Of a stretch of DNA of 64,000 nt, positions 39,170 to 49,550 are shown in pieces. The stretch is from assembly GCF_000027125.1 (NCBI RefSeq), contig NC_017626.1; one strand, given 5' to 3'. The DNA comes from Escherichia coli 042 (GTDB lineage Bacteria > Pseudomonadota > Gammaproteobacteria > Enterobacterales > Enterobacteriaceae). Position numbers and translations under genes: made by a program. Position 1 is the first letter of the stretch, and every line of letters begins with the position of its first letter. Below the pieces are notes generated by a model. It ran no database searches. It was not told the origin of the DNA and saw only the letters and a program-made list of their open reading frames with translations.

Positions 39170-41317
39170 TTACGCCAGTGCCGCTTCGCGCAGGCGAGTT
39201 TTCAACTTGTTGTACTCGTCAATCACGTACTGCTCGGCGGCGCGCTGATCGGCGATCGACTCGACGCGCACGGCGCAGTATTTGTATTCCGGCGTTTTCG
39301 TAATCGGGCTTAAGTTTTCGGTAACCAGCTCGTTACAGGCACCAATCCACCACTGGTAGGTCATATAAATCGCCCCTTTGTTCGGACGATCGCTGACCTG
39401 CGCACGGGTGATAATTTTGCCTTTACGCGAGTGCACCCAAACCAATGCCTCATCTTCAATACCCAGACGTTTGGCGTCTTCGGTATTGATTTGTGCGTAG
39501 CCAGGTTCATCAGCCAGCGCCGCCAGTGCCGCACAGTTACCGGTCATCGAACGGCAAGAGTAGTGACCAACTTCACGCACCGTTGACAGTACCATCGGAT
39601 ACTCGTCGGTGAGTTTGTCGATTGGCGCTACCCAGTCGCAGGTGAAGAACTGCGCCAGACCGTTCGGGGTATCAAACTTCTCTTTAAACAGATAAGAAGT
39701 CCCCTGATCGGCATCTGAAGTATCGCGGCAAGGCCACTGAATGAAGCCCAGTTCGCCCATTTTCTCGTAAGTCGCACCGTAGAAATCCGGGCACAGATGA
39801 CGCAACTCATCCCAGATCTCCTGGGTGTTGTTGTAGTGCATCGGATAACCCATACGAGTGGCAATTTCACTGATGATTTGCCAGTCCGTTTTCAGATCCC
39901 ATTTCGGTTCAACTGCTTTGAAGAAACGCTGGAAGCCACGGTCAGCCGCAGTAAACACGCCTTCATGCTCGCCCCACGACGTTGACGGTAAAATAACATC
40001 CGCCGCCGACGCGGTTTTGGTCATAAAGATGTCCTGAACGATAACCAGTTCCAGATCTTCAAAGGCTTTACGTACTGCCGACAGCTCCGCGTCAGTTTGC
40101 AGCGGATCTTCGCCCATAATGTACGCGGCACGCACTTCGCCATGCGCTGCGCGGTGCGGCAGCTCGCTGATGCGATAGCCGGTATGCGCTGGCAGGCTTT
40201 CCACGCCCCAGGCTTTGGCGAATTTCTCGCGGTTAGCCGGATCTTTCACGTACTGGTATCCCGGATACGTATCCGGCAGCGCGCCCATATCGCAGGCACC
40301 CTGCACGTTGTTCTGACCACGAACCGGGTTTACACCCGCATGCGGCTTACCGAGGTTACCGGTCAGCATCGCGAGGCTGGTCAGAGAACGCACGGTTTCC
40401 ACGCCCTGGTAGAACTGGGTTACACCCATGCCCCACAGGATGGCGGCGCTTTTCGCCTGGGCATACATCCGTGCCGCCTGACGAATCTCACTGGCGCTGA
40501 CGCCGGTGATATCTTCAACCGACTCCGGCGTGTAGCCTTCAACGATTTTACGATACTCTTCAAAGCCTTCTGTACGGGAAGCGACGAATGCTTTGTCGTA
40601 CAGATTTTCTTCAATAATGACATGGCCCATCGCATTCAACAGCGCGATGTTCGAGCCGTTTTTCAGTGCAATGTGGATGTCCGCAATGCGCGCGGTTTCA
40701 ATTTTGCGCGGATCGCAGACGATAATTTTCGCCCCGTTACGTTTAGCGTTAATTACGTGATTCGCCACGATTGGGTGGGAATCCGCCGGGTTGTACCCGA
40801 AAACGAACACTAAATCGGTATTATCAATTTCGTTAATAGCATTGCTCATTGCGCCATTACCGACCGATTGGTGCAGACCTGCAACCGATGGGCCGTGTCA
40901 GACACGAGCGCAGCAGTCAACGTTATTGGTACCAATAACGGCGCGCGCAAATTTTTGCATTACATAGTTGGTTTCGTTACCCGTACCACGCGAGGAGCCG
41001 GTCGTCTGGATGGCATCCGGACCGTACTTCTCTTTGATGGCGCTCAGGCGCTCGGCAACGTAATTCAGTGCCTCATCCCAGGAAACAGGTTCGAGTTTGC
41101 CGCCACGCTGGCGACGGATCATGGGGGTTTTCAGGCGCGGGGTCAGGATCTGGGTATCGTTAATGAAATCCCAGCCATAATAACCCTTCAGACACAGGGT
41201 ACCCTGGTTGGTTTTCCCCTGCGCTGCCTCCGCCCGGACGATTTTGCCGTTATCGACGACCAGGTTGATTTTGCAACCTGATGCGCAATAGGGGCAAACC
41301 GTGACGACTTTTTTCAT
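39170..41317 (-). CDS. fdhF: Formate dehydrogenase H (selenoprotein, 715 aa); in-frame UGA at codon 140 is read as selenocysteine
   Basis: Track ORFs 40898..41317 and 39170..40849 are one 716-codon frame joined through TGA at 40898..40900; N-terminal CPYCASGC Fe-S motif; SECIS hairpin directly 3' of the UGA. Confidence 0.95.
40858..40897 (-). promoter_or_regulatory. SECIS stem-loop directing selenocysteine insertion at the fdhF UGA
   Basis: mRNA sequence CACGGCCCAUCGGUUGCAGGUCUGCACCAAUCGGUCG immediately after the UGA matches the known fdhF SECIS. Confidence 0.85.
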
Positions 41318-41366
41318 CGGTCTCGCTCCAGTTAATCAAATCACGCATACGCGCTCTCGACTACAG

Positions 41367-41384
41367 TATGCATCTTTTATGCCA
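41367..41384 (-). promoter_or_regulatory. Sigma-54 (-24/-12) promoter of fdhF
   Basis: Minus-strand TGGCATAAAAGATGCA fits TGGCAC-N5-TTGCA; TGTCGTCA/TGACGA-type repeats further upstream could be FhlA sites. Confidence 0.5.
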
Positions 41385-41514
41385 CATTTTATTTGGGGTC
41401 ATTCCCTGATATTACGGGCACTATTTATTCAAAACTCTGACGAAAAACAGGCTGTCGTCAGTTTTGACGTGACGAAACGAAATACCGCGTGACAGCCATC
41501 ACGCGGCAGACATT

Positions 41515-42981
41515 TTATTTTTTCTCGACGACGGGACTTGCCTGATACCCGCCGCCCAGCGATTTCATCAACTGAATGCTTTGGATCACCCGGCGGCTGT
41601 CCAGCATCAGTAATGACATCTCCTCGGCAAGCACTGGCAACCGGGCTTCGGTGGCCTGTAAGCGGCTGGTTAAGCCGCGTTGATAGGCGGCCTCGGCAGC
41701 GCGCTGGGTGAAGCGCGTGGCTTCCACGCGTTCAGCCTGCATCTCTCGCTCGTCGTTGAGCGTTTGCAGACGCGTGCCGTTGACGGCAACGTCGCGCACC
41801 GCATTCAGCACTGACTGGTTGTAACGTTCAATCATCATGTTGCTGGCGGCGCGAGTGCCTTCGAGATTGGCATTCAACCGTCCACCGTCAAACAGCGGCA
41901 ATTTCAGACCCGGGATAAAGTTGAACTGGCGACTGGTTTTTTTGAATAAGGTATCCAGGTGGATAGAATCCAGGCCGAAAAACGCTTTGATATCAAAGCT
42001 CGGATAGAACAGCGCCCGCGCGGAATCCACCTGATCTAATGACGCCTGAACATACCAGCGCATAGCTTGCAGATCCGGGCGTCTGGCGAGCAACTCATAA
42101 GAGAGTGTCGCCGGAATACCGGTCTGGACTCGTGGTAATGCCACCGGTTTGATCTCCGGCATATCGCTGGCTCCCGCGCCAATCAATGCGCGCAGAGATT
42201 CTCTCGTTTCGGTGATTTGCCCTTTGACGGCAGCAATTTGTTTATCGACCGCCAGAATCTGTGCCCGCGCGCCGTGGAAAGGCACTTGCGCTTCCAGACC
42301 GTGCGCCACTTTACTCTGGTGCGCTTTTACCGCGTAATCAATCACATCGCGAGTTTGTTCTAACAGATCGAGCATCTGATAGCTGGCCTGCATACTGTAA
42401 TAAAGCTGCGCTACGCCCGTGGTCAGCGATAGCTCTACTGCTGCGGTTTCTGCCAGCGCGGCATTATGCGCGCCAATGGCAGCGGCAACCGCTGAGCGAT
42501 GCACACCCCACAAATCGAGATCCAGTCCGGCAAACAAACCTACTGTGGCTTCCGTATAGTACGGCCCGTCCATACCCAGTGCTGGCGCATCCATCGCATA
42601 AGGGCTTAAAAAGCCGTTCGCCGAGACACGTTGGCGGTTGAGCATCCCTAACGCTGCGACCTGTAATTGTGAACCGGCATCTAACAAATCGGCCTGCGAC
42701 TGCGCTTTTTCTTCCCGCAGTTTCGCTTCGGCGAGGGTGTGTGAACCACTTAGCGTCCGTTGGATCAGCGCATCCAGCTGCGGGTCATTGAGTTGTTTCC
42801 ACCACTGCGCCTGCGGCCAGCCGGAGCTGGCAAGATGAATATCATCGGCCAGTTTGATTTGTTCCGGTTTGAGCTGTTGATGAGGTGCAGAATCCTTACG
42901 TACCAGGGCACAGCCGGAAATCAGCGTCGTGCTGCCGAGAATGCTGCACAACAGCAGACGTGAAAGTTGACGATTGATCAT
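41515..42981 (-). CDS. mdtP: Outer-membrane factor MdtP of the MdtNOP efflux system (488 aa)
   Basis: Lipoprotein signal (LISGC), OMF family. Confidence 0.9.
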   Translation of the reverse strand: MINRQLSRLLLCSILGSTTLISGCALVRKDSAPHQQLKPEQIKLADDIHLASSGWPQAQWWKQLNDPQLDALIQRTLSGSHTLAEAKLREEKAQSQADLLDAGSQLQVAALGMLNRQRVSANGFLSPYAMDAPALGMDGPYYTEATVGLFAGLDLDLWGVHRSAVAAAIGAHNAALAETAAVELSLTTGVAQLYYSMQASYQMLDLLEQTRDVIDYAVKAHQSKVAHGLEAQVPFHGARAQILAVDKQIAAVKGQITETRESLRALIGAGASDMPEIKPVALPRVQTGIPATLSYELLARRPDLQAMRWYVQASLDQVDSARALFYPSFDIKAFFGLDSIHLDTLFKKTSRQFNFIPGLKLPLFDGGRLNANLEGTRAASNMMIERYNQSVLNAVRDVAVNGTRLQTLNDEREMQAERVEATRFTQRAAEAAYQRGLTSRLQATEARLPVLAEEMSLLMLDSRRVIQSIQLMKSLGGGYQASPVVEKK

Positions 42982-45029
42982 TGCGTGGCTCCTTGTACCT
43001 GTTCCTTGGCGGGCGTTAATGCCGGGGCTGTCCAGTCTGGCAAGCGGGCGAAAAGCTGGCAGACGTGTTGTTCCTGTTTTAATAAGGTGGGCAGGATGGC
43101 CTGCGAGGCGGGTGTCTCTTCAAGCGTTATTTGAGGAGAACGGCTGAGTGCGGTTGCCAGACCGGCAGCGTATTTCTCAAGTGCGTCGGCAAACTGACCT
43201 GCTCTGTCCGGCTGTAGTGCGTTATCCAGCGCCTGCGCCGAGTTCCAGGTTGCATCCCAGGCGTGAAGAATATCGCGGCCCTGACGAATAACCGTTTGCG
43301 AACGTTCAATCAGTAGAGCGCGTTCTTCGCTGTCCAGTTGACGCTCCAGCGCCACGCGTTGGAACATCTCTTCACAGGCATTAAACGCCGCATGCAGACC
43401 TATACGAATTTGCAGATAAGTGCGCAGAGCCGTGACTTCCTGCTGGCGTGGGATCCGCATTACTTTACTCAACATACCCAGCGCGCCAGCCAGTTTTTGC
43501 GGCAGTGTGCGCGCTTCACTTTCAGGCCAGACAAAGGTGTAAATCACCGCGGACACCACGGTACCAATGATGATACCCAGGGCGCGATCGCGAATTTCCA
43601 CCAGGTCGTACACTGGGCCAAAAACGTTTTCGAGCGTGGCGAGCGCGAAGGTGACCACCATCTGTGTGCCGATATAAGAAGAGCGTTCAGAGCTGGTGGC
43701 AATCCATGCGCCCAACAGGAAAATCGGTGCCAGCACAAACAGCAATTCGACAATATTGTCCAGCCAGGGCATGACCAGTAACGTGAATAACAGCGCCAGA
43801 ATTGCACCGAAGAAGGCACCGCCAAAACGCAGCGCCATTTTCTGATACGACGAACCAACATTCGGGTTAGCGACGATCACGCAGGTCAGCATACAGGTGT
43901 GAATGCCTTCCCAGTCCACGCCGCTGTAGAAGGTGTAACAGATCAAACAGGCGAGCAGCGTTTTTACCGCGTAGCGCATATAGTCTGGATTGGTAAAAGC
44001 GTCGGCGACCATTGATGGCGGTTTGGTGGCGGGCGTTGGCGGCGTATTCGGGTCCATCTGACCCAGTTGTAACAACGTCTGGCAGATATTCTCCAGGTTA
44101 CATTCCCGTGCCGCCATCGCTTCACTTTCAGTGATCCGCCAGTCGCTTTGCCAGCACTGACCTTCGGCAATGGCATGCTGCAGTTTGTTGATTTCTGAGG
44201 CTAATTTTTGCCGAAATTCAATAATTGCCTGAGAATCAGCAAAAGAGGTGGGATCGTAGCGATTCAGCGTCGAGTAAATGTAGGTTACCGTAGCCACACA
44301 GCTTTGCCACCATGCGCTCTGAGTTCGCCAGTTGGCATCGTCCGCGAGGCAAAAGACATTGAGTTTTTGCAGCGCCAGCGCCTCTCTTTCAATCCGCGTT
44401 TCGGGTAGCGGTGTGAGGCTGTCCGTCAGGTGGCTAATGGCATCATCAAGCCGATCATTAAGCGCCTGATGCATCTGCGTGATAGCGCGGCTGGGAAACC
44501 ACAGCACGCCGATTAACGTCATCAATAACGTCGGATAGAGGCCAACAACGATACACCACAGGGTTAAGCGCACGACCACTTCCGGATAGTCGAGCATGGC
44601 GGGGAAGGTTTGCCCGTAAATAGCGACAATGGCGACGGCGAAAAAGACCAGCCCCAACCGATGGGTGCGCATCAAAAACATACAGCCCATCAGGATCGGC
44701 CCGGCGATGATCAATCGGATCAACGGTTCGCCGTATGACCATTTGTAGATCAAAAACAGGCTGCCGATCTCCAGCATCGTGGCGACCACAAACAAGATCG
44801 CGACAAATTTGGTGTAAAACGCGTTCGACTGAATACCGTAAAACAGTACTGCCAGTGATAACGCCACAAAAGGGATCTCAAAAGTCATTGAGATCAGAAT
44901 CACCAGCAGGCAGCCTACCCAGAGTTGCATAGTCTGCGGCACGCGGCCTGGTCGCCGCTCGCTTAACTCTTCATGAAAGAACGCCAGCAGCCTGACCACC
45001 GGTAATGGCAGGGAGTTGAGCGCGCTCAT
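42978..45029 (-). CDS. mdtO: Inner-membrane efflux protein MdtO (aromatic acid exporter-like, 683 aa)
   Basis: Translation MSALNSLPLPVVRLLAFFHEELSERRPGRVPQTMQLWVGCLLVILISMTF...; overlaps mdtP start. Confidence 0.9.
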   Translation of the reverse strand: MSALNSLPLPVVRLLAFFHEELSERRPGRVPQTMQLWVGCLLVILISMTFEIPFVALSLAVLFYGIQSNAFYTKFVAILFVVATMLEIGSLFLIYKWSYGEPLIRLIIAGPILMGCMFLMRTHRLGLVFFAVAIVAIYGQTFPAMLDYPEVVVRLTLWCIVVGLYPTLLMTLIGVLWFPSRAITQMHQALNDRLDDAISHLTDSLTPLPETRIEREALALQKLNVFCLADDANWRTQSAWWQSCVATVTYIYSTLNRYDPTSFADSQAIIEFRQKLASEINKLQHAIAEGQCWQSDWRITESEAMAARECNLENICQTLLQLGQMDPNTPPTPATKPPSMVADAFTNPDYMRYAVKTLLACLICYTFYSGVDWEGIHTCMLTCVIVANPNVGSSYQKMALRFGGAFFGAILALLFTLLVMPWLDNIVELLFVLAPIFLLGAWIATSSERSSYIGTQMVVTFALATLENVFGPVYDLVEIRDRALGIIIGTVVSAVIYTFVWPESEARTLPQKLAGALGMLSKVMRIPRQQEVTALRTYLQIRIGLHAAFNACEEMFQRVALERQLDSEERALLIERSQTVIRQGRDILHAWDATWNSAQALDNALQPDRAGQFADALEKYAAGLATALSRSPQITLEETPASQAILPTLLKQEQHVCQLFARLPDWTAPALTPAKEQVQGATQ

Positions 45030-46060
45030 TATTGTGGCTCAAGATTAGCGACTGCCGAAGCGCCGATGCGGAACATTTCCGGGTCAGGTTTATCAACCAT
45101 GATTTTGACCGGAAAACGCTGGGCAACGCGGACCCAGTTAATAGAACGAGACACTTTCGGCAGGCCGCCCAGCACCAGGCCGCCGTCATCCGGTAGCACG
45201 CCGTAGCCAATCGAATCCACTTTACCCTCGAAGGTTTTGCCGCTGTCGCTCATCAGGCGAATCGTTGCGGGTGTACCTGAGCGAATATTTTTCAGATCGG
45301 TTTCGCGGAAGTTGGCGATCACGTACCAGTGACGAGTGTCGATTAGGGTAAAAATTGGGCGCATGGCAGAAGCAAATTGCCCGACGGAGGTTTTGAGGGA
45401 AATGACCCGGCCATCAAACGGCGCGCGAACGGTCGCCATTTCCAGATGCAGTTTGGTCAACGCAATATCCGCTTCCACTGCCGCACGCTGGGCAACTAAT
45501 GCATCCACGCCGCTGACGGCGCTGGCGGCTGACTGCGCCTGCAACAATACGGCATTAAGATCGGCTTCTGCGGCGCGCTGCGCGGTTCTCGCGCGGTCAA
45601 CATCTTCCGCTGAGACGAAACCTTCTTTCAGTAATGGCTCGGTGCGGCGTAATGTATCACTGGCCTGTTTCGCGGCGGCACGGGCTTTTTCTACCGTGGC
45701 ATTAACCGAGTCGGCACCAAACTGTTGTGCGTCAACGCTACGCTGGGTGAGCATAATTTGCTTATCCAGCGCCGCGAGGGAGGCTTCGGCTTTCGCCAGA
45801 TTGGCTTCGTACGGGCGCGGGTCGATGCGGAACAGCAAATCGCCCTGTTTCACCGCCTGGTTGTCGGTGACCGCCAGTTCTACAATGCGACCGCTGACTT
45901 CCGGCACCACATCAATGGTATCTGCTGACGCGTAAGCGTCATTAGTTGATGGCGCACTGTCTACGCGCCAGATAACGAAAACAAGGGCAACCAGCGCCAA
46001 CGCAACCACTAACAGAGCAGGGAATTTACTGCGAGGAGCTTTTTTCGGCGTACTTTCCAT
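45029..46060 (-). CDS. mdtN: Membrane-fusion protein MdtN (HlyD family, 343 aa)
   Basis: Translation MESTPKKAPRSKFPALLVVALALVALVFVIWRVDSAPS...; coiled-coil periplasmic adaptor. Confidence 0.9.
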   Translation of the reverse strand: MESTPKKAPRSKFPALLVVALALVALVFVIWRVDSAPSTNDAYASADTIDVVPEVSGRIVELAVTDNQAVKQGDLLFRIDPRPYEANLAKAEASLAALDKQIMLTQRSVDAQQFGADSVNATVEKARAAAKQASDTLRRTEPLLKEGFVSAEDVDRARTAQRAAEADLNAVLLQAQSAASAVSGVDALVAQRAAVEADIALTKLHLEMATVRAPFDGRVISLKTSVGQFASAMRPIFTLIDTRHWYVIANFRETDLKNIRSGTPATIRLMSDSGKTFEGKVDSIGYGVLPDDGGLVLGGLPKVSRSINWVRVAQRFPVKIMVDKPDPEMFRIGASAVANLEPQ

Positions 46061-46078
46061 GAGCGCGTCTCAAATAGA

Positions 46079-46354
46079 TTAGAAAAATGCCAGCCAGAAC
46101 AGCATGGCGTAGAGAGCAAAAAGGGCGGTATAAATAATTCCGACAAATGCCAGATTGATATTTGCCCGCTGAATAATTCGCCTCGTGATGAGCGTCAAAA
46201 TAAGGCTGGCAATGGCGCAGAAAAACCAGCTGGGATAATAAGCGCCGATCACCGGGATTGCCGGAGATAATGAGCATCCCGAAACCATGAAGACGGGAAT
46301 TATCCAGACTGTTTTTTTGAGTTGCATCGCCATGCGAGAGAGAACTGTTGGCAT
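46079..46354 (-). CDS. ytcA: Small lipoprotein YtcA (91 aa), first gene of the ytcA-mdtNOP operon
   Basis: Translation MPTVLSRMAMQLKKTVWIIPVFMVSGCSLSPAIPVIGAYYPSWFFCAIASL...; ATG (cat) at 46352..46354. Confidence 0.7.
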   Translation of the reverse strand: MPTVLSRMAMQLKKTVWIIPVFMVSGCSLSPAIPVIGAYYPSWFFCAIASLILTLITRRIIQRANINLAFVGIIYTALFALYAMLFWLAFF

Positions 46355-46524
46355 ATTAAATACATCCTGTCTGCTGCGAACAATATCTGTAGTGAATATC
46401 AATATCCATTGAAGGCGTCAGTATGGCTATTTTCTCGATGAATAAAAATAGCTTTATTCAGCCACCGCATTCATAACTTATATATTTTATGTATTAATTT
46501 GTTGTATGTATTTTTAAAATAAAT

Positions 46525-46556
46525 GCTTTTGGGGGCTTAAGCGCCCCCAAAAGTGA
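46525..46556 (-). terminator. Rho-independent terminator after yjcS
   Basis: Minus-strand hairpin ttttgggggcgc-ttaa-gcccccaaaa followed by a T-rich run. Confidence 0.55.
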
Positions 46557-46562
46557 GTGGCA

Positions 46563-48548
46563 TTAATTTGGGGTTACGATATTCACCCACAAATCGAAAT
46601 TATCCAGACAGGCAATAATTTCTTCCAGTTTCGCGCCATTGCCAATAATTTTGGCTTTCTTCGCTTTTACCAGATCCGCCATTTTGGCTTGTGCGGTCAG
46701 CACGGCGTGAAGATCTTCACGGCTGATGTAGAAAGAGGCGTTGGCTTCAGGTTGCAGCGTTTTACGGTAGTTAAGCACGCTATCGTTCAGCGTCAGGTTG
46801 AGGTTATCGCCGTTGCTCATATTGAAGTTCAGGCTGATATTCTTACCTGCGGCTTTCGCGCTATCGAGGCGAACGGCCATAAAGTCGAATAGCATTTCGA
46901 CCGACATTCCGCGAAGGGTGTCCGGGAAACCGGTGGAGCTGTGGCTGAACTTATGTACCCCTTCGCGCAGCTCTTTCGCGCCGGTCAGGTAGAAACCGCG
47001 CCAGGTGGCGGACTCGGCCTGATAGCCCAGCTGTTCAAAGTTATTCGCTTGCAGATTCTTCGCGACCTGGTCACCAGGGTTGGCGGCAATCACCTGTTTC
47101 AGCAGTTCTGCCGACCAGCGGTAATCACCTTGCTTGTTCGCTTCTTGCGCCAGGTTGATGACACGGGCAGAACCGCCCAGCGCCTGCACGTAACGTTTAC
47201 CCATCTCCACCTGACCATACGGATGCAGGTTAGCCGGGTTACCGTCGTAATAGCCAAGATAGAAGTTATACACCGCGCGGGCGTTGTGGCTGACAGAACC
47301 GTAATAGCCGCGGCTGGCCCAGTTATTGGCAAGCGCAGGCGGCAGCTTAATCATGTCGCCGATTTCATTCATGGTGTAGCCCTGGTTTGCCAGGTGCAGG
47401 GTCTGGTCGTGAATGTACTTGATGGTATCGCGATATTTACCAATATAATCATTGATATGCTTATTGCCCCAGACCGGCCAGGTGTGCGGCATAAACAGTA
47501 CTTCCGCGTCATTACCCCACATATCCAGCGTTTCGTTCAGATACTCGGTCCACTTGCTGGTGTCGCGGGTTTTCGCGCCGCGCAGAGTGTAGAAGTTGTG
47601 CAGGGTATGCGTGGCGTTCTCGGCGGTACACAGGGCTTTCAGAGCCGGAATATAGAAGTGCATTTCGGCTGGCGCTTCGCTACCCGGAGTCATCAGGAAG
47701 TCAAATTCCAGGCCGTCGATAATCATCTTCTCGCCAGTTCTGACGATAGTTTTAGTCGGTGCAATAATGCTCGGGTCGCCCGTTGCCAGCGTCACGCCCA
47801 GGCCGTTGCCCACGTTGCCTTGCGCGTTGTGCGGCAGTAACAGACCGTAAGAGTAGAGCGCACGGCGGCTCATGATGTTACCCGCCAGCACGTTTTCGCT
47901 GATGGCTTCGTCCATAAAGCCTGCCGGAGCGATCACCTGCACTTTGCCGGATTTAACATCCGCTTCAGAGATAATGCCTTTCACACCGCCATAATGGTCG
48001 GCGTGGCTGTGGGTGTAAATCACAGCAACAATCGGTTTTTGCGGACGATGCTGGAAGTAAAGGTCAAGTGCGGCTTTTGCGGCAGGCGGCGTCACCAGCG
48101 GGTCGATAACAATAATGCCTTTTTCGCCTTCTACAAATGTAACGTTAGAGATATCTTGGCCGCGCACCTGATACATTTTATCGGTGACTTTGAACAGGCC
48201 AGAAATACCGTTGATTTGCGACTGACGCCACAGGCTGGGGTTTACGGTTTCCGGCGCAGCGGCATTAATATCAAATTTGTAATCGTCTGCGCGGTAGTAA
48301 ACTTTACCGTTCGCATCACGCAGAATACCTTCATCCAGCAGCGGGGCGATAAATCCACGCTGGGCATCGTCAAAATCTTGACGATCGCTAAACGGTAATG
48401 ATTTGGCGTAATTCTGATTAATCTGTTGGGTATATTGAGTGGCGGCTTTCGCTTCCTCTTTCGCGTTAGCGGTATTTACCATCATGCCGCTGGCGGCAGT
48501 TAACGCAATAACAATCCTGCTCAAACGGAATAACCGAGAGTTATTCAT
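46563..48548 (-). CDS. yjcS: Alkyl/aryl sulfatase YjcS (metallo-beta-lactamase fold, 661 aa)
   Basis: Translation [29 protein letters not shown]... with the [10 protein letters not shown] motif; ATG (cat) at 48546..48548. Confidence 0.9.
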   Translation of the reverse strand: MNNSRLFRLSRIVIALTAASGMMVNTANAKEEAKAATQYTQQINQNYAKSLPFSDRQDFDDAQRGFIAPLLDEGILRDANGKVYYRADDYKFDINAAAPETVNPSLWRQSQINGISGLFKVTDKMYQVRGQDISNVTFVEGEKGIIVIDPLVTPPAAKAALDLYFQHRPQKPIVAVIYTHSHADHYGGVKGIISEADVKSGKVQVIAPAGFMDEAISENVLAGNIMSRRALYSYGLLLPHNAQGNVGNGLGVTLATGDPSIIAPTKTIVRTGEKMIIDGLEFDFLMTPGSEAPAEMHFYIPALKALCTAENATHTLHNFYTLRGAKTRDTSKWTEYLNETLDMWGNDAEVLFMPHTWPVWGNKHINDYIGKYRDTIKYIHDQTLHLANQGYTMNEIGDMIKLPPALANNWASRGYYGSVSHNARAVYNFYLGYYDGNPANLHPYGQVEMGKRYVQALGGSARVINLAQEANKQGDYRWSAELLKQVIAANPGDQVAKNLQANNFEQLGYQAESATWRGFYLTGAKELREGVHKFSHSSTGFPDTLRGMSVEMLFDFMAVRLDSAKAAGKNISLNFNMSNGDNLNLTLNDSVLNYRKTLQPEANASFYISREDLHAVLTAQAKMADLVKAKKAKIIGNGAKLEEIIACLDNFDLWVNIVTPN

Positions 48549-48800
48549 ATAAATCTCCATTTATCATTTATGTCGTAAATATGTAGTCCATGCAAAATAC
48601 GTCATTTGAAGCTGGCGTTATCATAATTGGGAATTTGCGACTTTAATAAGTGGAAGTGTGAGCGGAGCGAGCCATTTTATTAGGCATTTGTGCTGAAGAG
48701 GGAAAAGTACGCGAATTTATTATCTCTGTAAATAATATGAGGTATTTTATATATTTATTATATATATTGTACTTCGGCAAATACTGAGCACAATTAATCA

Positions 48801-49118
48801 ATGCAACCGGTGTTTCTTTTTAAAAAACGTACCGGAGCAATGGGCGGTCATGTCGCTGGCACCGCAGGATTCTGTGTTGCTGTGCCAACCTTTTATTCAT
48901 GGTCAATGAGTGAGGGGATTGATAAAGAAACCAGGTCGTCAGAGCGCACTGATTATCCGCATTACGCCAGTGACGTTGCACTGGCTTTTGGTTCACGAGT
49001 GGTTGGCCTCGAACTGGCAAAAATGATTGTGGATGCGTGGCTGGGCGCGCAGTACGAATGCGGTCGTCATCAACAACGCGTGGAGGCGATTACGGCAATA
49101 GAGCAGCGGAAAAATTGA
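48801..49118 (+). pseudogene. rpiB: Remnant of ribose-5-phosphate isomerase B: C-terminal RpiB-like blocks fused to unrelated 5' sequence; catalytic core missing
   Basis: Translation contains SSERTDYPHYAS and AFGSRVVGLELAKMIVDAWLGAQYE.GRHQQRVEAITAIEQR as recalled for RpiB, but lacks the Cys-containing central region and the native N-terminus; sits where alsK-alsB, rpiR and rpiB lie in K-12. Confidence 0.6.
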
Positions 49119-49186
49119 GATTCATCCACTACTTGCATGGATGAGTAATGACTAATATGGATAGAGTTTCTTTTTGAGGTTGGCTA

Positions 49187-49516
49187 ATGAAACGCTTTCC
49201 GCTATTTCTTTTATTCACCCTGCTCACGCTGTCCACCGTTCCGGCCCAGGCCGATATTATCGACGACACCATTGGCAATATTCAGCAGGCGATTAACGAT
49301 GCTTATAACCCTGACCGTGGGCGAGACTATGAAGATTCGCGCGACGACAGCTGGCAGCGTGAAGTGAACGACGATCGGCGCAGACAATATGACGATCGCC
49401 GCCGCCAGTTTGAAGATCGCCGCAGGCAGCTGGACGATCGCCAGCGCCAGCTTGATCAGGAGCGTCGGCAACTGGAGGATGAAGAGCGGAGAATGGAAGA
49501 TGAGTATGGGCGGTGA
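49187..49516 (+). CDS. yjdP: Secreted small protein YjdP (109 aa) with a periodic Arg/Asp/Gln-rich repeat
   Basis: Translation MKRFPLFLLFTLLTLSTVPAQA... then DDRRRQ(Y/F/L) heptad-like repeats. Confidence 0.8.
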   Translation: MKRFPLFLLFTLLTLSTVPAQADIIDDTIGNIQQAINDAYNPDRGRDYEDSRDDSWQREVNDDRRRQYDDRRRQFEDRRRQLDDRQRQLDQERRQLEDEERRMEDEYGR

Positions 49517-49550
49517 TGTTGAGTCTAGAGCAGGCATCGCCCCTCACCCA

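Noticed and set aside
39170-41317. fdhF as a pseudogene split into 139-aa and 559-aa ORFs
   Set aside because: The break is a single in-frame UGA followed by the SECIS hairpin, which is selenocysteine recoding
46941-47840. 299-aa + strand ORF inside yjcS
   Set aside because: Antisense to the sulfatase frame; no motif support
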